Under the pieces are notes generated by a model. The model was not told the origin of the DNA and ran no database searches. It saw only the letters and a list, made by a program, of their open reading frames with translations. 64,000 nt of DNA, from positions 2,976,001-3,040,000 of the forward strand of contig OY771506.1 in the NCBI GenBank assembly GCA_963674705.1. The letters run 5' to 3'. Made by a program: the position numbers and the translations under genes. Positions 1 through 9,969 of this stretch are shown piece after piece; within the stretch, counting starts at the first letter, position 1, and each line of letters starts with the position of its first letter. This stretch comes from Phycisphaeraceae bacterium (lineage in GTDB: Bacteria > Planctomycetota > Phycisphaerae > Phycisphaerales > Phycisphaeraceae).

Positions 1-2
1 TC

Positions 3-1418
3 GAGAACGAGGGGCGGCCGCTGCTTGAGCGGATGTTCAAGCAGTATAAACCCGAGGGGCACACGGATGCGGTCCTTGTCTATGAAGGCGGACGCAATGC
101 ACCCGAGCATTTTTCGTTACAGGTCCAGCCCAAAGACCTGGACTTCGACTACCACAAACAGCGCATCGAGCTGACTGGCCTGTCCGGCATGGTCGAACTG
201 ACGCCGGAGCTGGCAACGTTCCACGACCTGGCGGGTGGCTTTGCCGACGGCACGTTCAAAGTCAATGGTCAGGCGCGGCTGGCCGAGAACCCGGGTTTAT
301 CATTGACATTCAAAGTGAATGCCGATCGCATCGACGCCCCGGTCCGTGCGGTCATGCCCGTTGCTGTGAGAAACCTGGTCGACCGTTTAGATGTTCAAGG
401 CCCGTTCATCCTCGAAGATGCGAGGCTACTGACATGGCCCGAGGCCATGCAAGGCCCGACCGGCATCTTCGAAGGCCGTGTCGAATTGCATGGCGCTTCC
501 GCTTCATTGGGTGTGCCTGTGACTGAGATGAACGCCCTGATGGATATGCGCGTCGTTAACTTCGTCGACCAGCCTTGGCCCCATACGGATATCCGGTTCA
601 CCGCCGACAGCCTGCGTGCTCAGGACCGGCTCGTGCAACGCGTATCCATGCACGCCGAGACAGGCGACCAGCCCTGGCTGATCAACTTCAATAACCTCAA
701 AGGCACGGTATACAACGGCACGATGGTCGGGCGCGGCCAAGTGGACATGTCGGACAGACCCGTGTTCGCCTTCGACCTGACACTCCAGGAGGCCGAACTC
801 GAACCTTTCCTCATGCCGCTTGGCGAAAAAGCGTCGACCTATTCGGCTGAATCCGAATCAGATGCCGATGCGATGCCGATGCGCGATATGTCGTCGGGAT
901 TATTGTCAGCAGGTTTATCCGTGCGTGTCCCATCTGACAAGAATGAGCCGATTCAGGGCAGGGGCACCGTCACGGTTCGGGATGCCAAACTTTATGACAG
1001 ACCGCTGACGCTCGCGTTATTGCAGGCCGTGAGTCTGAACCTGCCCAGCGAATCCTCCTTCGATCGTGCATCCGCGCGCTACCTGATCTACGGCAACAAC
1101 TTACTGTTCGACGACATCCGCCTGGAAGCCCCGGCGTTCATCATCTCGGGCACGGGGACCATGAGTTACCCATCGCTCGAACTGAACCTCCGGATGGTGA
1201 CACAGAATCCCGGTGCTTTGAATCTCGGTCCGGTCTCCGATCTCGTCCGTACATTCAAGGATGAACTGTTAGCGATCGAAGTTCGCGGTACACTTGGCAA
1301 TCCCAAGGCCAACGTCGTCCCCCTCGATACAGTCTTCCGCTCATGGGGCAGAATCTTCGGCAACACCCGAGCCCCCGGCGCTACCGTACACACCGAAGAA
1401 CCGGTAACGGAAGAATGA
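3..1418 (+). CDS. AsmA-like/TamB-like C-terminal region protein (5'-truncated by window edge)
   Basis: Frame is open from base 3. Beta-strand-rich repeats and a C-terminal F-D-x-A-x-A...I-x-G-x-G-x-M...I-E-V-R-G-T-L-G-N-P pattern are typical of AsmA_2 domains. Confidence 0.65.
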   Translation, partial: ENEGRPLLERMFKQYKPEGHTDAVLVYEGGRNAPEHFSLQVQPKDLDFDYHKQRIELTGLSGMVELTPELATFHDLAGGFADGTFKVNGQARLAENPGLSLTFKVNADRIDAPVRAVMPVAVRNLVDRLDVQGPFILEDARLLTWPEAMQGPTGIFEGRVELHGASASLGVPVTEMNALMDMRVVNFVDQPWPHTDIRFTADSLRAQDRLVQRVSMHAETGDQPWLINFNNLKGTVYNGTMVGRGQVDMSDRPVFAFDLTLQEAELEPFLMPLGEKASTYSAESESDADAMPMRDMSSGLLSAGLSVRVPSDKNEPIQGRGTVTVRDAKLYDRPLTLALLQAVSLNLPSESSFDRASARYLIYGNNLLFDDIRLEAPAFIISGTGTMSYPSLELNLRMVTQNPGALNLGPVSDLVRTFKDELLAIEVRGTLGNPKANVVPLDTVFRSWGRIFGNTRAPGATVHTEEPVTEE

Positions 1419-1423
1419 GATCG

Positions 1424-1555
1424 GGTGTGTGGTGTGCAGCTTTTTAATTGCTAATCGTTAATCGCTAATGTTTCCATCCCAACACCGATCCTGAGCGAAG
1501 CGAAGGTCCGGGCTGTATCGATGTGAAATGTTCAATGTGCGATGTGCAATCGGTT
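1424..1555 (+). repeat. Composite intergenic repeat copy A (heptamer blocks + 35-bp hairpin core at 1478-1512)
   Basis: CCCAACACCGATCCTGAGCGAAGCGAAGGTCCGGG preceded by TTGCTAA/TCGTTAA/TCGCTAA heptamers and followed by TGTTCAA/TGTGCGA heptamers. Lies between convergent genes. Confidence 0.85.
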
Positions 1556-1570
1556 TCTAAACCCGAACAA

Positions 1571-2209
1571 TCACTCCGCTCCCACCAGCCGCTTCATCAC
1601 ATCTGAAATGCCGATCCGGTCCACTTCCGTCTGGGCTTGCTCGGTGATCGGTTCGTAGTCGCGCACGTCCGGACTGTTTGTTAAATCCACAGGATCGTTA
1701 CCCATTGAGCGTGCCAGACCCAGCGAGCCGTCACCTGTGACAGAGACAACCCATCGGCCCTCGCTCAGTTGACGGTAGACAGCCTTGCCATGCGTCGCAC
1801 CCTGGCTTTCCCAGTCGACTTCCGCCAGCTTCGGATCGATCACCACGCCCTGGCTCGGTGGGGTCTTGGCATCGAAGACTCGTCGCATCCACAGCCGGCC
1901 ATCCAATACCACGTAGTCGACATAGATTTCTCCCGACGGATCGAACGGCGTCGGGATCGACTTCACTTCACCTTCCGCGTTGCGGATCGATACGCATAGC
2001 TTGCCTTCATCGACAACCAGTTCCGTCACCGCGGTCCGGCGGACGGCCTTGTTGTAGGTGTCCCGCAACTGATCGAAGTCGCTTTCCAGCGCGATCAGTC
2101 GGTCGCGATAGATATCCGCCTTCAGGTTGGCTTCCAACAGCCGATACCCGACGAATCCCGCCACGAGTATGAACACAACCGACGCGATCCCGGTGATGCG
2201 ATTCAGCAT
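1571..2209 (-). CDS. Hypothetical protein with N-terminal membrane anchor and coiled coil
   Basis: 212-aa ORF with GGAG RBS, hydrophobic N-terminus and typical codon usage. Confidence 0.75.
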   Translation of the reverse strand: MLNRITGIASVVFILVAGFVGYRLLEANLKADIYRDRLIALESDFDQLRDTYNKAVRRTAVTELVVDEGKLCVSIRNAEGEVKSIPTPFDPSGEIYVDYVVLDGRLWMRRVFDAKTPPSQGVVIDPKLAEVDWESQGATHGKAVYRQLSEGRWVVSVTGDGSLGLARSMGNDPVDLTNSPDVRDYEPITEQAQTEVDRIGISDVMKRLVGAE

Positions 2210-2359
2210 GTAAAAACTCCCAAACCTCAGTATCTGCCCCCGTTATAAATCGGCACACTTACTTGTTATCGGCTATCGGACCCTCCCCGATCCAGTAGCC
2301 GCCAAGTTCCGTCAGGGCATGAGATTGTAGGCGGCCCCTTCCTGCGGTAGAACAATGCC

Positions 2360-4426
2360 ATGCAAACCAAACACCTTTCTATCCGGCTTTCTCACTTCCG
2401 CACGTCTACCATCCTGAGCCTGCTGTTATTCACGTTGGGTATCCTGATGGGATCGGTCGCTGTGGCCGAGGTCAGCGTTCCCAGCATCTTCTCCGACCAC
2501 ATGGTGCTTCAGCGCAACGAGCCGCTACCGATCTGGGGCTTTGCCGATCCGGGTGAAAAGGTCAGCGTCGCGATCGCCGGCCAGCAGATCGCAACCATTG
2601 CTGATGATGCAGGCAACTGGCGTGTCGAACTTGATGCACTCAAGGCCGGCGGACCGCACCGGTTGAAGATCAAAGGCAACAACACCATCAGTATCGACGA
2701 TGTCTACGTCGGCGAGGTCTGGCTGTGCTCGGGTCAATCAAACATGGAATGGCAGGTTGCGTCTTCCAATGATGCCGAGGCGGAGATGGCGGCCGCCGAC
2801 TTGCCCATGATCCGGATGTACACCGCAAGCCACACACTATCCGCGACGCCGCAACCGGATGTCTCAGGCCAATGGCATGTCTGCACCCCGGACAACGTAG
2901 GCCGCTTCAGCGCGGTGGGCTACTTCTTTGGCAGGTCTCTACACAAAGAGCTTGATGTACCGATCGGCCTGATCCACAGCAGTTGGGGCGGCAGCCGCGC
3001 TGAACCTTGGACCCCGCGCGAAACACTACTCACCAACCCTCGCTACACCGAGCAGATCAAGGAAGTTGATCGACTGGTCGCCGCGATGCTCGAAAACAAA
3101 GATCAGGCTATCGCTGATTACGAAGAAGCGATGAAGGTTTACCGGAAGGCCTTGATCTTATGGGTGCACGACATCAATAACGGCGGCACCGGGCTGAATG
3201 AGAATTGGGCGTCGGCTGAGGGCGATGATAATGATTGGCATCCCGCCAAAGTCCCCGGGGCTTGGGAAGCCTGGTCCGATGGTGAGTTGACAAGTTTTGA
3301 TGGCGTCGTCTGGTTTACACGCACGGTTGATATTCCCGAAGCTTGGGCAGGTAAAAATCTTGCACTGCACCTCGGCGCGATCGACGATCTGGATAAGACG
3401 TTCTTCAACGGCGAAAAAGTCGGATCAACAGGATTGGATGTGCCTTGGCATTGGGCAACTGAACGTAAGTATGCCGTGCCCGGCGAATTGGTCCGCGCTG
3501 GTAAAGCAACGCTTACTGTTCGTGTCATCGATACAGGCGGTGCCGGTGGTTTCACCGGCCCGGCTGAGCAAATGACGCTGGCCCCGCTTGATGATGAAAA
3601 CGCACAACCGATTAAGCTGGATGGTGAAGGTTGGCGATATCGCGTTGACTTCTCAATGGCGAAGTCACCACGACCGACTGAGCCCGCCGATCCCAGCCAA
3701 GCTGGCGCAACATTCACAACACCCGCCGCCATGTACAACGCCATGCTGCATCCGCTGGTTCCCTACGGTCTGCGCGGCGCGATCTGGTACCAGGGCGAAT
3801 CCAACGCCGGGGAATCCGAAGCGTACCGTGAGTTGTTGCCGTTGATGATCCAAGGCTGGAGAGATGTCTGGCATAAGCCGGATATGCCCTTTGGTATTGT
3901 GCAACTTGCCAACTACATGCATGCGACCGACAAACCTAACGAGGGTGGCTGGGCTTTCCTGCGCGACGCACAGTTGCATACGTTCAAGACCGTTGACAAC
4001 ACCGGCCTCGCCGTAATCATCGACATCGGGCAAGCGGATGACATACACCCACGCAACAAACAAGACGTCGGCGATCGCCTCGCCCGCTGGGCGTTGTCGC
4101 AGGTCTACGGCAAGTCACTCGTCTGGTCCGGGCCGATCTACAAAACCATGCAGATCAAGGATGGCAAAATCTATCTTGACTTCGACCATGTAGGCGGTGG
4201 TTTAAAAACCAGCGACGGCAAGCCGGTAGGGGGCTTCGCGATTGCAGGCGCGGATGGTCAATTTGTCTGGGCCGATGCCAGAATCGAAGGCGATCAAGTC
4301 GTCGTCTGGTCCGAAAGTATCAAAGAACCTGTCTCGGTCCGATATGGCTGGGCGAATAATCCAGACCGGGTGAACCTGATCAACGCCGAAGGCCTGCCCG
4401 CCTCACCATTCCGTACAGATGAGTAA
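2360..4426 (+). CDS. Sialate O-acetylesterase family protein (SASA/9-O-acetylesterase, split by a sugar-binding insert), secreted
   Basis: Motifs IFSDHMVLQR, GEVWLCSGQSNM, WYQGESN, DIHPRNK and GLPASPFRTD; signal peptide. Confidence 0.9.
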   Translation: MQTKHLSIRLSHFRTSTILSLLLFTLGILMGSVAVAEVSVPSIFSDHMVLQRNEPLPIWGFADPGEKVSVAIAGQQIATIADDAGNWRVELDALKAGGPHRLKIKGNNTISIDDVYVGEVWLCSGQSNMEWQVASSNDAEAEMAAADLPMIRMYTASHTLSATPQPDVSGQWHVCTPDNVGRFSAVGYFFGRSLHKELDVPIGLIHSSWGGSRAEPWTPRETLLTNPRYTEQIKEVDRLVAAMLENKDQAIADYEEAMKVYRKALILWVHDINNGGTGLNENWASAEGDDNDWHPAKVPGAWEAWSDGELTSFDGVVWFTRTVDIPEAWAGKNLALHLGAIDDLDKTFFNGEKVGSTGLDVPWHWATERKYAVPGELVRAGKATLTVRVIDTGGAGGFTGPAEQMTLAPLDDENAQPIKLDGEGWRYRVDFSMAKSPRPTEPADPSQAGATFTTPAAMYNAMLHPLVPYGLRGAIWYQGESNAGESEAYRELLPLMIQGWRDVWHKPDMPFGIVQLANYMHATDKPNEGGWAFLRDAQLHTFKTVDNTGLAVIIDIGQADDIHPRNKQDVGDRLARWALSQVYGKSLVWSGPIYKTMQIKDGKIYLDFDHVGGGLKTSDGKPVGGFAIAGADGQFVWADARIEGDQVVVWSESIKEPVSVRYGWANNPDRVNLINAEGLPASPFRTDE

Positions 4427-4623
4427 ATGGTTAAAAACCAGCTGCCGACCTGGATATGTCCCGAAACTGGGCAAGGTCTTTTAACATCAGATCGCATTTT
4501 CACCGCTGATCGTGCTTATTCGTTTGGCCTGATCGCTGATGGGTTTGTATCATGTTATTGCTAGTGGGGTCCGTGGGGACCATATTATGAATGAGCACCT
4601 ATTCTGGTGGAAAGGGCATTGAC

Positions 4624-5105
4624 ATGAAGGCATTTCTTTGGGTCGTTTTGATTTCGTTTCTCGGTTTATGTGGATACTACTACTTCAAAGCGTTCATCAT
4701 CCCGGATGAGACGCAGATGCTGTCCATCGCCTTCGGCAACACAACGGATGATGAAGTTGAACTGCACGTCGAAGTGACATTGGTCATGGCGCAATTGGAT
4801 GTCTTCCCCTATATGTCGATGAACGGCGGGACAGATTGGAAAGCCTGGGCGAACGACCATTACATCGTGAAGGATGATGCCGGCAACCAGGTCGAGTTTA
4901 CCAAGCGGATGAAAAGCAATGTCATCAGCGAACGTGATTCTCGCGTCGTGGCGGACGGCTACCTCATCGCGAAGCTAAGCCGGGCGCCGAATACACTTTT
5001 GAGTATATCCCCATCATCAGCGAACCTGAAAAGTTCCTCTATGAATTCAGCGCGCCGACCGAAGACGCCAGCCGAGTCTTTGTTACATTCCAACCGAACT
5101 TTTAA
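4624..5105 (+). pseudogene. Membrane-anchored hypothetical protein, apparently frameshifted near 4978 (pseudogene or sequencing error)
   Basis: After ...YLIAKL the -1 frame gives a natural-looking tail PGAEYTFEYIPIISEPEKFLYEFSAPTEDASRVFVTFQPNF* (stop 5103-5105). The in-frame tail is Ser-rich and looks non-coding. Confidence 0.55.
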
Positions 5106-5138
5106 GTAACGCGACTTGATTTTTAACAGAGGCAAACC

Positions 5139-6824
5139 ATGGCCATCGAATTTTCATGCCAGTGCGGTAAGCAGATCAAGGTGTCTGAGAAGTTCGCCGG
5201 CCGACGCGCCAAGTGCCCCGGCTGTGGTCAACCCATCACGATCCCCGAAGTTGACGCGCCTCTGGATGATATCGACGGCAACCTGCTCTACGAAGCGATC
5301 GGCACGTCCAGCAACGAACCGGAGCAGGTTGCCTGCGCCAACTGCCATCAATCCATGTCGGCCACCGCTTCGGTCTGCCCGCACTGCGGCTACAACCGTG
5401 CCCAGCAATCGCACTACCAGATGGCGCAAGCCATGGCCGAACCTGAAAAACGCGAGGGCAGTCGGCCGCTCTTTTCGATCCTCGGCATCGACATGTCCAT
5501 TCTCAAGCTCCTGGTTGTGCTGGTGCCGCTGATTGGACTTCCCGGCTGGTATTACATGTTTCCCGGCAAATCGATGCACGTGCGCCAGATGCAGGTCGTC
5601 AGCCTTGTCGAAGCGGTGAAAAGTGGACAGGTGCAGAAGCCGGTCAGCACCAGCGGTACCCTTTTGAGCACGATGCTCGAGCACGTCAACAAGGATAGTA
5701 AACCCCCGACGTTTGAAGAAGCTCACGAGGCTTCATACACGCTGGGTTCCAGCGATTCGCTTGTGGTCAGTAAACCCGACGACGACGGCGATCACATCCT
5801 TCTGAAAGTCGGCCTGCGCCAGCAAACCATCAACGATAAAGGCAGCACCGCGCTCTACGACACCATCATCCGCGGCGACGACTTCAAACTCGAACCCGCT
5901 GCCGGCGGCCCCGATGTCGACGGCGCTCAGATTCTTTATTACCAGTTTGAAGGTAACAGCAAAGAGATCGACCTGTTCAGTTCCGATACCTCCAGCTTCC
6001 AATCGCTGTTCCCCTGCGAACCCACGCAGATCGATACCGAAAAAGCGGATGGCGTGATTGACGGAACAGCCGTCTGGAATCAACCCACCGCCAAGGGGCA
6101 GATCAAGTTCCGCTCCTATTATTCTACAGGTGACTACCCCTCGCAGACCGGCCTCAATGCAGAAGGCAAGCTCGAAGTCTTCAATGAGCAGGGCGCGACA
6201 GTCGATATGTTTTACACCGGTGGTTCGCTGGATGTGAAGTGGGATTCGGATTCGACCGGCTGGTGGACTCTCAAGCGTTACGATGAGACGTCCCACGATT
6301 GGCCCTGGTATCGCTATGAGTTCGGCCTGCTCTTCGAACGACCGCAGGCGGGTGGCAAATACAACATCACCTACCGCGATTCGAAAGTTGGCACGATCTA
6401 CCTGGAAGATAAGCCCGTGCCCAAGCCGCCGCCGGTCTCACCGATCAAGCGCGTTAAGAATCCGGGTTCGAACAATATCGATCCCAACAATCCCCTTGCT
6501 TACTTCGAGATCCTGGCCGATGCGCGTAAGTCGGCGCAAGGTATCGTTTCTGCCAACAACCTCCGCCAGATCGGTTTCGGCCTGCAACTGTATCTCGATC
6601 AGAACGCCCAGCAGTGGCCCGACAATATCGACCAACTCAAGGGTGTGATCAACGACTATGACCAGATCATGGTCAACCCGCGCACCAAGACACGCCCCGG
6701 CTTCATCTACATCAAACCCGATCGCGGCGCCGACCCCGCGACCACCGCCGTCGTCTACGAAAACTGGCAAGGCCAACCCGACCCCAACGGCGCCGTCCTC
6801 TACGCCGACGGACACATCGAGTAA
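5139..6824 (+). CDS. Double zinc-ribbon + TM + large extracytoplasmic domain + C-terminal DUF1559/H-X9-DG-like pilin-type domain
   Basis: CQCG..CPGC and CANC..CPHC, one TM helix, Pro-rich linker, and a C-terminal [15 protein letters not shown]...[11 protein letters not shown]. Confidence 0.75.
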   Translation: MAIEFSCQCGKQIKVSEKFAGRRAKCPGCGQPITIPEVDAPLDDIDGNLLYEAIGTSSNEPEQVACANCHQSMSATASVCPHCGYNRAQQSHYQMAQAMAEPEKREGSRPLFSILGIDMSILKLLVVLVPLIGLPGWYYMFPGKSMHVRQMQVVSLVEAVKSGQVQKPVSTSGTLLSTMLEHVNKDSKPPTFEEAHEASYTLGSSDSLVVSKPDDDGDHILLKVGLRQQTINDKGSTALYDTIIRGDDFKLEPAAGGPDVDGAQILYYQFEGNSKEIDLFSSDTSSFQSLFPCEPTQIDTEKADGVIDGTAVWNQPTAKGQIKFRSYYSTGDYPSQTGLNAEGKLEVFNEQGATVDMFYTGGSLDVKWDSDSTGWWTLKRYDETSHDWPWYRYEFGLLFERPQAGGKYNITYRDSKVGTIYLEDKPVPKPPPVSPIKRVKNPGSNNIDPNNPLAYFEILADARKSAQGIVSANNLRQIGFGLQLYLDQNAQQWPDNIDQLKGVINDYDQIMVNPRTKTRPGFIYIKPDRGADPATTAVVYENWQGQPDPNGAVLYADGHIE

Positions 6825-6851
6825 ACACAGTCTACCGCGTTTTGGGCGGAT

Positions 6852-7307
6852 TCAGCCGCCCGCCCCAGCCGCTTCGTTCGTATCCTGCTTCTGCTGATAC
6901 AACATAATCACCGACTCGCGCACCAGTACGATGATGGTGAACACGCCCAGGATCGTGCCGAACGGCATCCACAAGCAGTTGATCCCCGCGATGACAAGGC
7001 TGAATATTCGTGCGCGTTTGCGCTGAATCATACGACCGGACACGATTGTCAGGATGCCGAACGTCCAGCCGAAGATCATCGGGCACGTTCCCATGATGGC
7101 AAACATCAAGCCGATCGCTCTGGGAGGTGCATCACCATCCGGCGGTTCAAAAGCTTGCGGATTGATCAGCATGACCAATCCAATCACCGCGTGGACGATG
7201 AAAATCGAACTGAAAAGCATCATCATCCCCGCGCAAACGTAGTGGAAGATGCCCAGCAGTTTCAGGTGCTCTTCATCGCGATTGTAGACAGGCCGATTGT
7301 CTTCCAT
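6852..7307 (-). CDS. Small multi-pass membrane protein
   Basis: 151-aa ORF with HLKLLGIFHYV and PFGTILGVFTIIVL motifs and about 4 TM segments. Confidence 0.8.
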   Translation of the reverse strand: MEDNRPVYNRDEEHLKLLGIFHYVCAGMMMLFSSIFIVHAVIGLVMLINPQAFEPPDGDAPPRAIGLMFAIMGTCPMIFGWTFGILTIVSGRMIQRKRARIFSLVIAGINCLWMPFGTILGVFTIIVLVRESVIMLYQQKQDTNEAAGAGG

Positions 7308-7334
7308 CTGTTCCCCCTTGACATGTTCAATAGA

Positions 7335-7994
7335 TCACAAACGTGACTTCAATCCAGCGATCAAGCGATCGAACACCACATCCGCTTCATCCCGTGCGTC
7401 GATCACCAAATAGTGTTCCGGATCATCCTTCGCCTGGTCAAGATACCCCTGTCGGACTTTCTTATGGAATGCGGCGCCTTTGATCTCCATGCGGTCGTGC
7501 CCGGCGTCGAATTCCTTTTCGCGCAGCAAGGGATTCATCCGCTGCTGCGCCGTCGCCAGATCGACATCGAAGACGACGACGAGGTCGGGCCAGGTCTCAC
7601 GCAGCGCGATACGTCCGACGCTCAGGATATGCTCGATCGGCACGCCCCCGGCTGCGCCCTGGTAGGCCAGCGTCGAGCTGATGAAGCGGTCGGCCAGCAC
7701 CAGTTTGCCCTCGCGGATCGCCGGATTGATCCGCTCGGAGACCAGTTGGGCACGGCTGGCCATGAAAAGCATCATCTCGCAGTAGACGTCGACCTCGTCG
7801 GTGTTCGAAGGATCCAGCAGCACCTGTCGGACCTGCTCGCCGATGTACGTCCCGCCGGGCTCCCGGACCTCGCAGACCTCGATCCCCGCGCTCTTGACCA
7901 ATTCATCCAGGCGGACGAACTGCGTGCTCTTACCGCTGCCGTCAGGCCCATCAAAGACGATGAACTTCCCACGCAACTTATCCAACCACTTCAT
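7335..7994 (-). CDS. tmk: Thymidylate kinase
   Basis: FIVFDGPDGSGKST P-loop, REPGGT, ADRFISSTLAYQG. Start set at MKWLD with AGGTGA RBS. Confidence 0.95.
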   Translation of the reverse strand: MKWLDKLRGKFIVFDGPDGSGKSTQFVRLDELVKSAGIEVCEVREPGGTYIGEQVRQVLLDPSNTDEVDVYCEMMLFMASRAQLVSERINPAIREGKLVLADRFISSTLAYQGAAGGVPIEHILSVGRIALRETWPDLVVVFDVDLATAQQRMNPLLREKEFDAGHDRMEIKGAAFHKKVRQGYLDQAKDDPEHYLVIDARDEADVVFDRLIAGLKSRL

Positions 7995-8074
7995 ATCACC
8001 TGATCTCATGACTGCGAAGATACAAGATTCTTTTGCATCGCACACCTTACGCTTGAGTTGCCTAAGATATCCCC

Positions 8075-8692
8075 ATGTCCGACGAATACCTCGAACCCTA
8101 CCGCGATGCTCATGACGACTTCGGCAACGACTTCCGCGTGACCCTCTGGGCCAGCACACGCAGCCAGGAACAGCGATTCAAGGTCTTCACCCAGATGTGT
8201 TACCTGGCCGGTAAACGCCTGCTCGATGCCGGTTGCAGCAGGGGGGACCTGGCCGACTATCTTGTCCGCCACAAGATCGAATACAGCTACTACGTGGGCA
8301 TCGATGGCCTGCCGGAGGTGATCGACTTCGCCCAACGCCGGGGTCTGCCCGATTCCGAGTTCCACGCGGGCGACTTCGTGGCCGATCCCAAACTGCTGAA
8401 GATCGGCAAGCCACAGATCATCCTGATCTCCGGCACGCTCAACACCATGGATGACCAGACGGCCATGGGCTTGCTGGAGTCAGCCTGGAAAGCCTGCTCC
8501 GAGACACTGATATTCAACTTCCTGTCCAGTCGCAGTACGACCGAACGCAGAGAGGAACTGGGCCCGGCCCGTCGGCTTGACCCGCTGAAGTACTTGGACT
8601 GGGCCATGCAACACACCACCGCGGTCCAATTACGACAGGATTACTTCAAGAAGGGGCACGATGCCACCATCAAAATGGAGAAAATCGCTTAG
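8075..8692 (+). CDS. Class I SAM-dependent methyltransferase
   Basis: LLDAGCSRGDL motif I, YVGID, ISGTLN. Confidence 0.85.
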   Translation: MSDEYLEPYRDAHDDFGNDFRVTLWASTRSQEQRFKVFTQMCYLAGKRLLDAGCSRGDLADYLVRHKIEYSYYVGIDGLPEVIDFAQRRGLPDSEFHAGDFVADPKLLKIGKPQIILISGTLNTMDDQTAMGLLESAWKACSETLIFNFLSSRSTTERREELGPARRLDPLKYLDWAMQHTTAVQLRQDYFKKGHDATIKMEKIA

Positions 8693-8930
8693 AAATGGGT
8701 CTGCTTCAGCATGATTTATCTTTTTTATTTTCGTGTTGGTGCTGACTTCGGTGAGGTCTTTAGGATATTATTATGTTTGAATGGTTATAAACATGACTGC
8801 GGTTACTACCGCCTGTTGTTTTGTAACCGGGCGGGAAGTGGTACCAAGCGGCGGATTTTCCACAAACCAGCGAACCACGCACGCCATCATGGGGCCTGAG
8901 AGCCTGCAAGCAACCTTGGAGGGCGAGTTG

Positions 8931-9010
8931 TTGCGAACCAATCTCAATATGTTTGACGGGTGCTACACAGACGCTAAGCTGTTAACACTCCAATTGAGAC
9001 TGGGTATCAG
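8931..9010 (+). promoter_or_regulatory. Sigma70-type promoter flanked by two Fur-box-like inverted repeats
   Basis: TTGACG (8953-8958) -16 nt- TAAGCT (8975-8980). Flanked by TTGCGA-ACCAA-TCTCAA (8931-8947) and TTGAGA-CTGGG-TATCAG (8994-9010). Confidence 0.5.
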
Positions 9011-9226
9011 CGTCGGTGCCCAGACGAAACTACGCAACTGTTGGTCAATTTTGATGAATTAGGAGCCAACGGTCATTAAACTTTACTGCTACACGTGATT
9101 GTTACCGGTAATTATTTGTCCCTGCTACCCGCCGGTTCTGACACGATCACCTGCCGCAGTTTTATTTGTTAAACATCACCGAGTTTTCGGAGGTGTTCAG
9201 GGCATGGGGACGAAAGGAGAGGTGAA

Positions 9227-9904
9227 ATGGTATTTGGGAAGGTTATGAACTCAATGTTAGCTTTGACTGCGTCGCTTGTGGCGGTATCTGCTGTGCATGC
9301 TGCCACGGTCCCCTTTACCGAGGACTTCGTTGCGACCAACGAAAACTGGAAAGACAACGCCAGCGCCGACCTGACCTACGTATCCTCCGGCGGCCCGGAC
9401 GGCAGCAGCTATGTCGCCACCGGCTTCAACTTCGCTTCGGCAGCAAGCGGTGACACGCCGGTTCTGTTCCGTGGCTACGACAGCTTCGATTCCAGTTCCG
9501 ACGCGTTCGTCGGCAACTACCTCAGTGAAGGTGTGAACCAGTTCAGCGCTTACGTCTACCACGAAGCTGCCATGCCGCTGACCTTCTTCGCGCGTTTCAG
9601 CAGCTCGGTCAATTATCCCGGCGCGACCGCGCTTCAGTTTGTCCCCGTGATGCCCTACACCTGGACGCAAATCGTTATCGATATCAGCCCGACGAGCCCT
9701 CAGTTTATCTCCTTTGAAGGCACGGACTTCAACGCCGTCTTCAGCGGTATCGGCAACATCCAGATCGGTGTCTCGGTCCCGGATCAGTTGGCCGGCGTTG
9801 ATTCTTCGATCGAGTTCGCATTAGACAAGCCGACGATCACGCCCGAGCCGGCGTCCTTGTCGCTGCTGGCGATGGGTGGCCTGGCGCTGCTGCGTCGTCG
9901 CTGA
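9227..9904 (+). CDS. PEP-CTERM sorting domain protein
   Basis: Signal peptide; C-terminus TPEPASLSLLAMGGLALLRRR; AGGAGAGG RBS. Confidence 0.9.
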   Translation: MVFGKVMNSMLALTASLVAVSAVHAATVPFTEDFVATNENWKDNASADLTYVSSGGPDGSSYVATGFNFASAASGDTPVLFRGYDSFDSSSDAFVGNYLSEGVNQFSAYVYHEAAMPLTFFARFSSSVNYPGATALQFVPVMPYTWTQIVIDISPTSPQFISFEGTDFNAVFSGIGNIQIGVSVPDQLAGVDSSIEFALDKPTITPEPASLSLLAMGGLALLRRR

Positions 9905-9969
9905 GTTATTGTTACGGGCGGGGCCGTTAGAATCGTGTTTTTGTTTTTAAGTGAAAAGGACTCACTCGC

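Noticed and set aside
8700..9226. Cobalamin or other riboswitch in the long leader; ORFs 8711-8899 and 8781-9062
   Set aside because: I could not find an ordered B12-box or other aptamer consensus, and the ORFs have atypical composition. An Rfam scan would be needed to exclude this fully.
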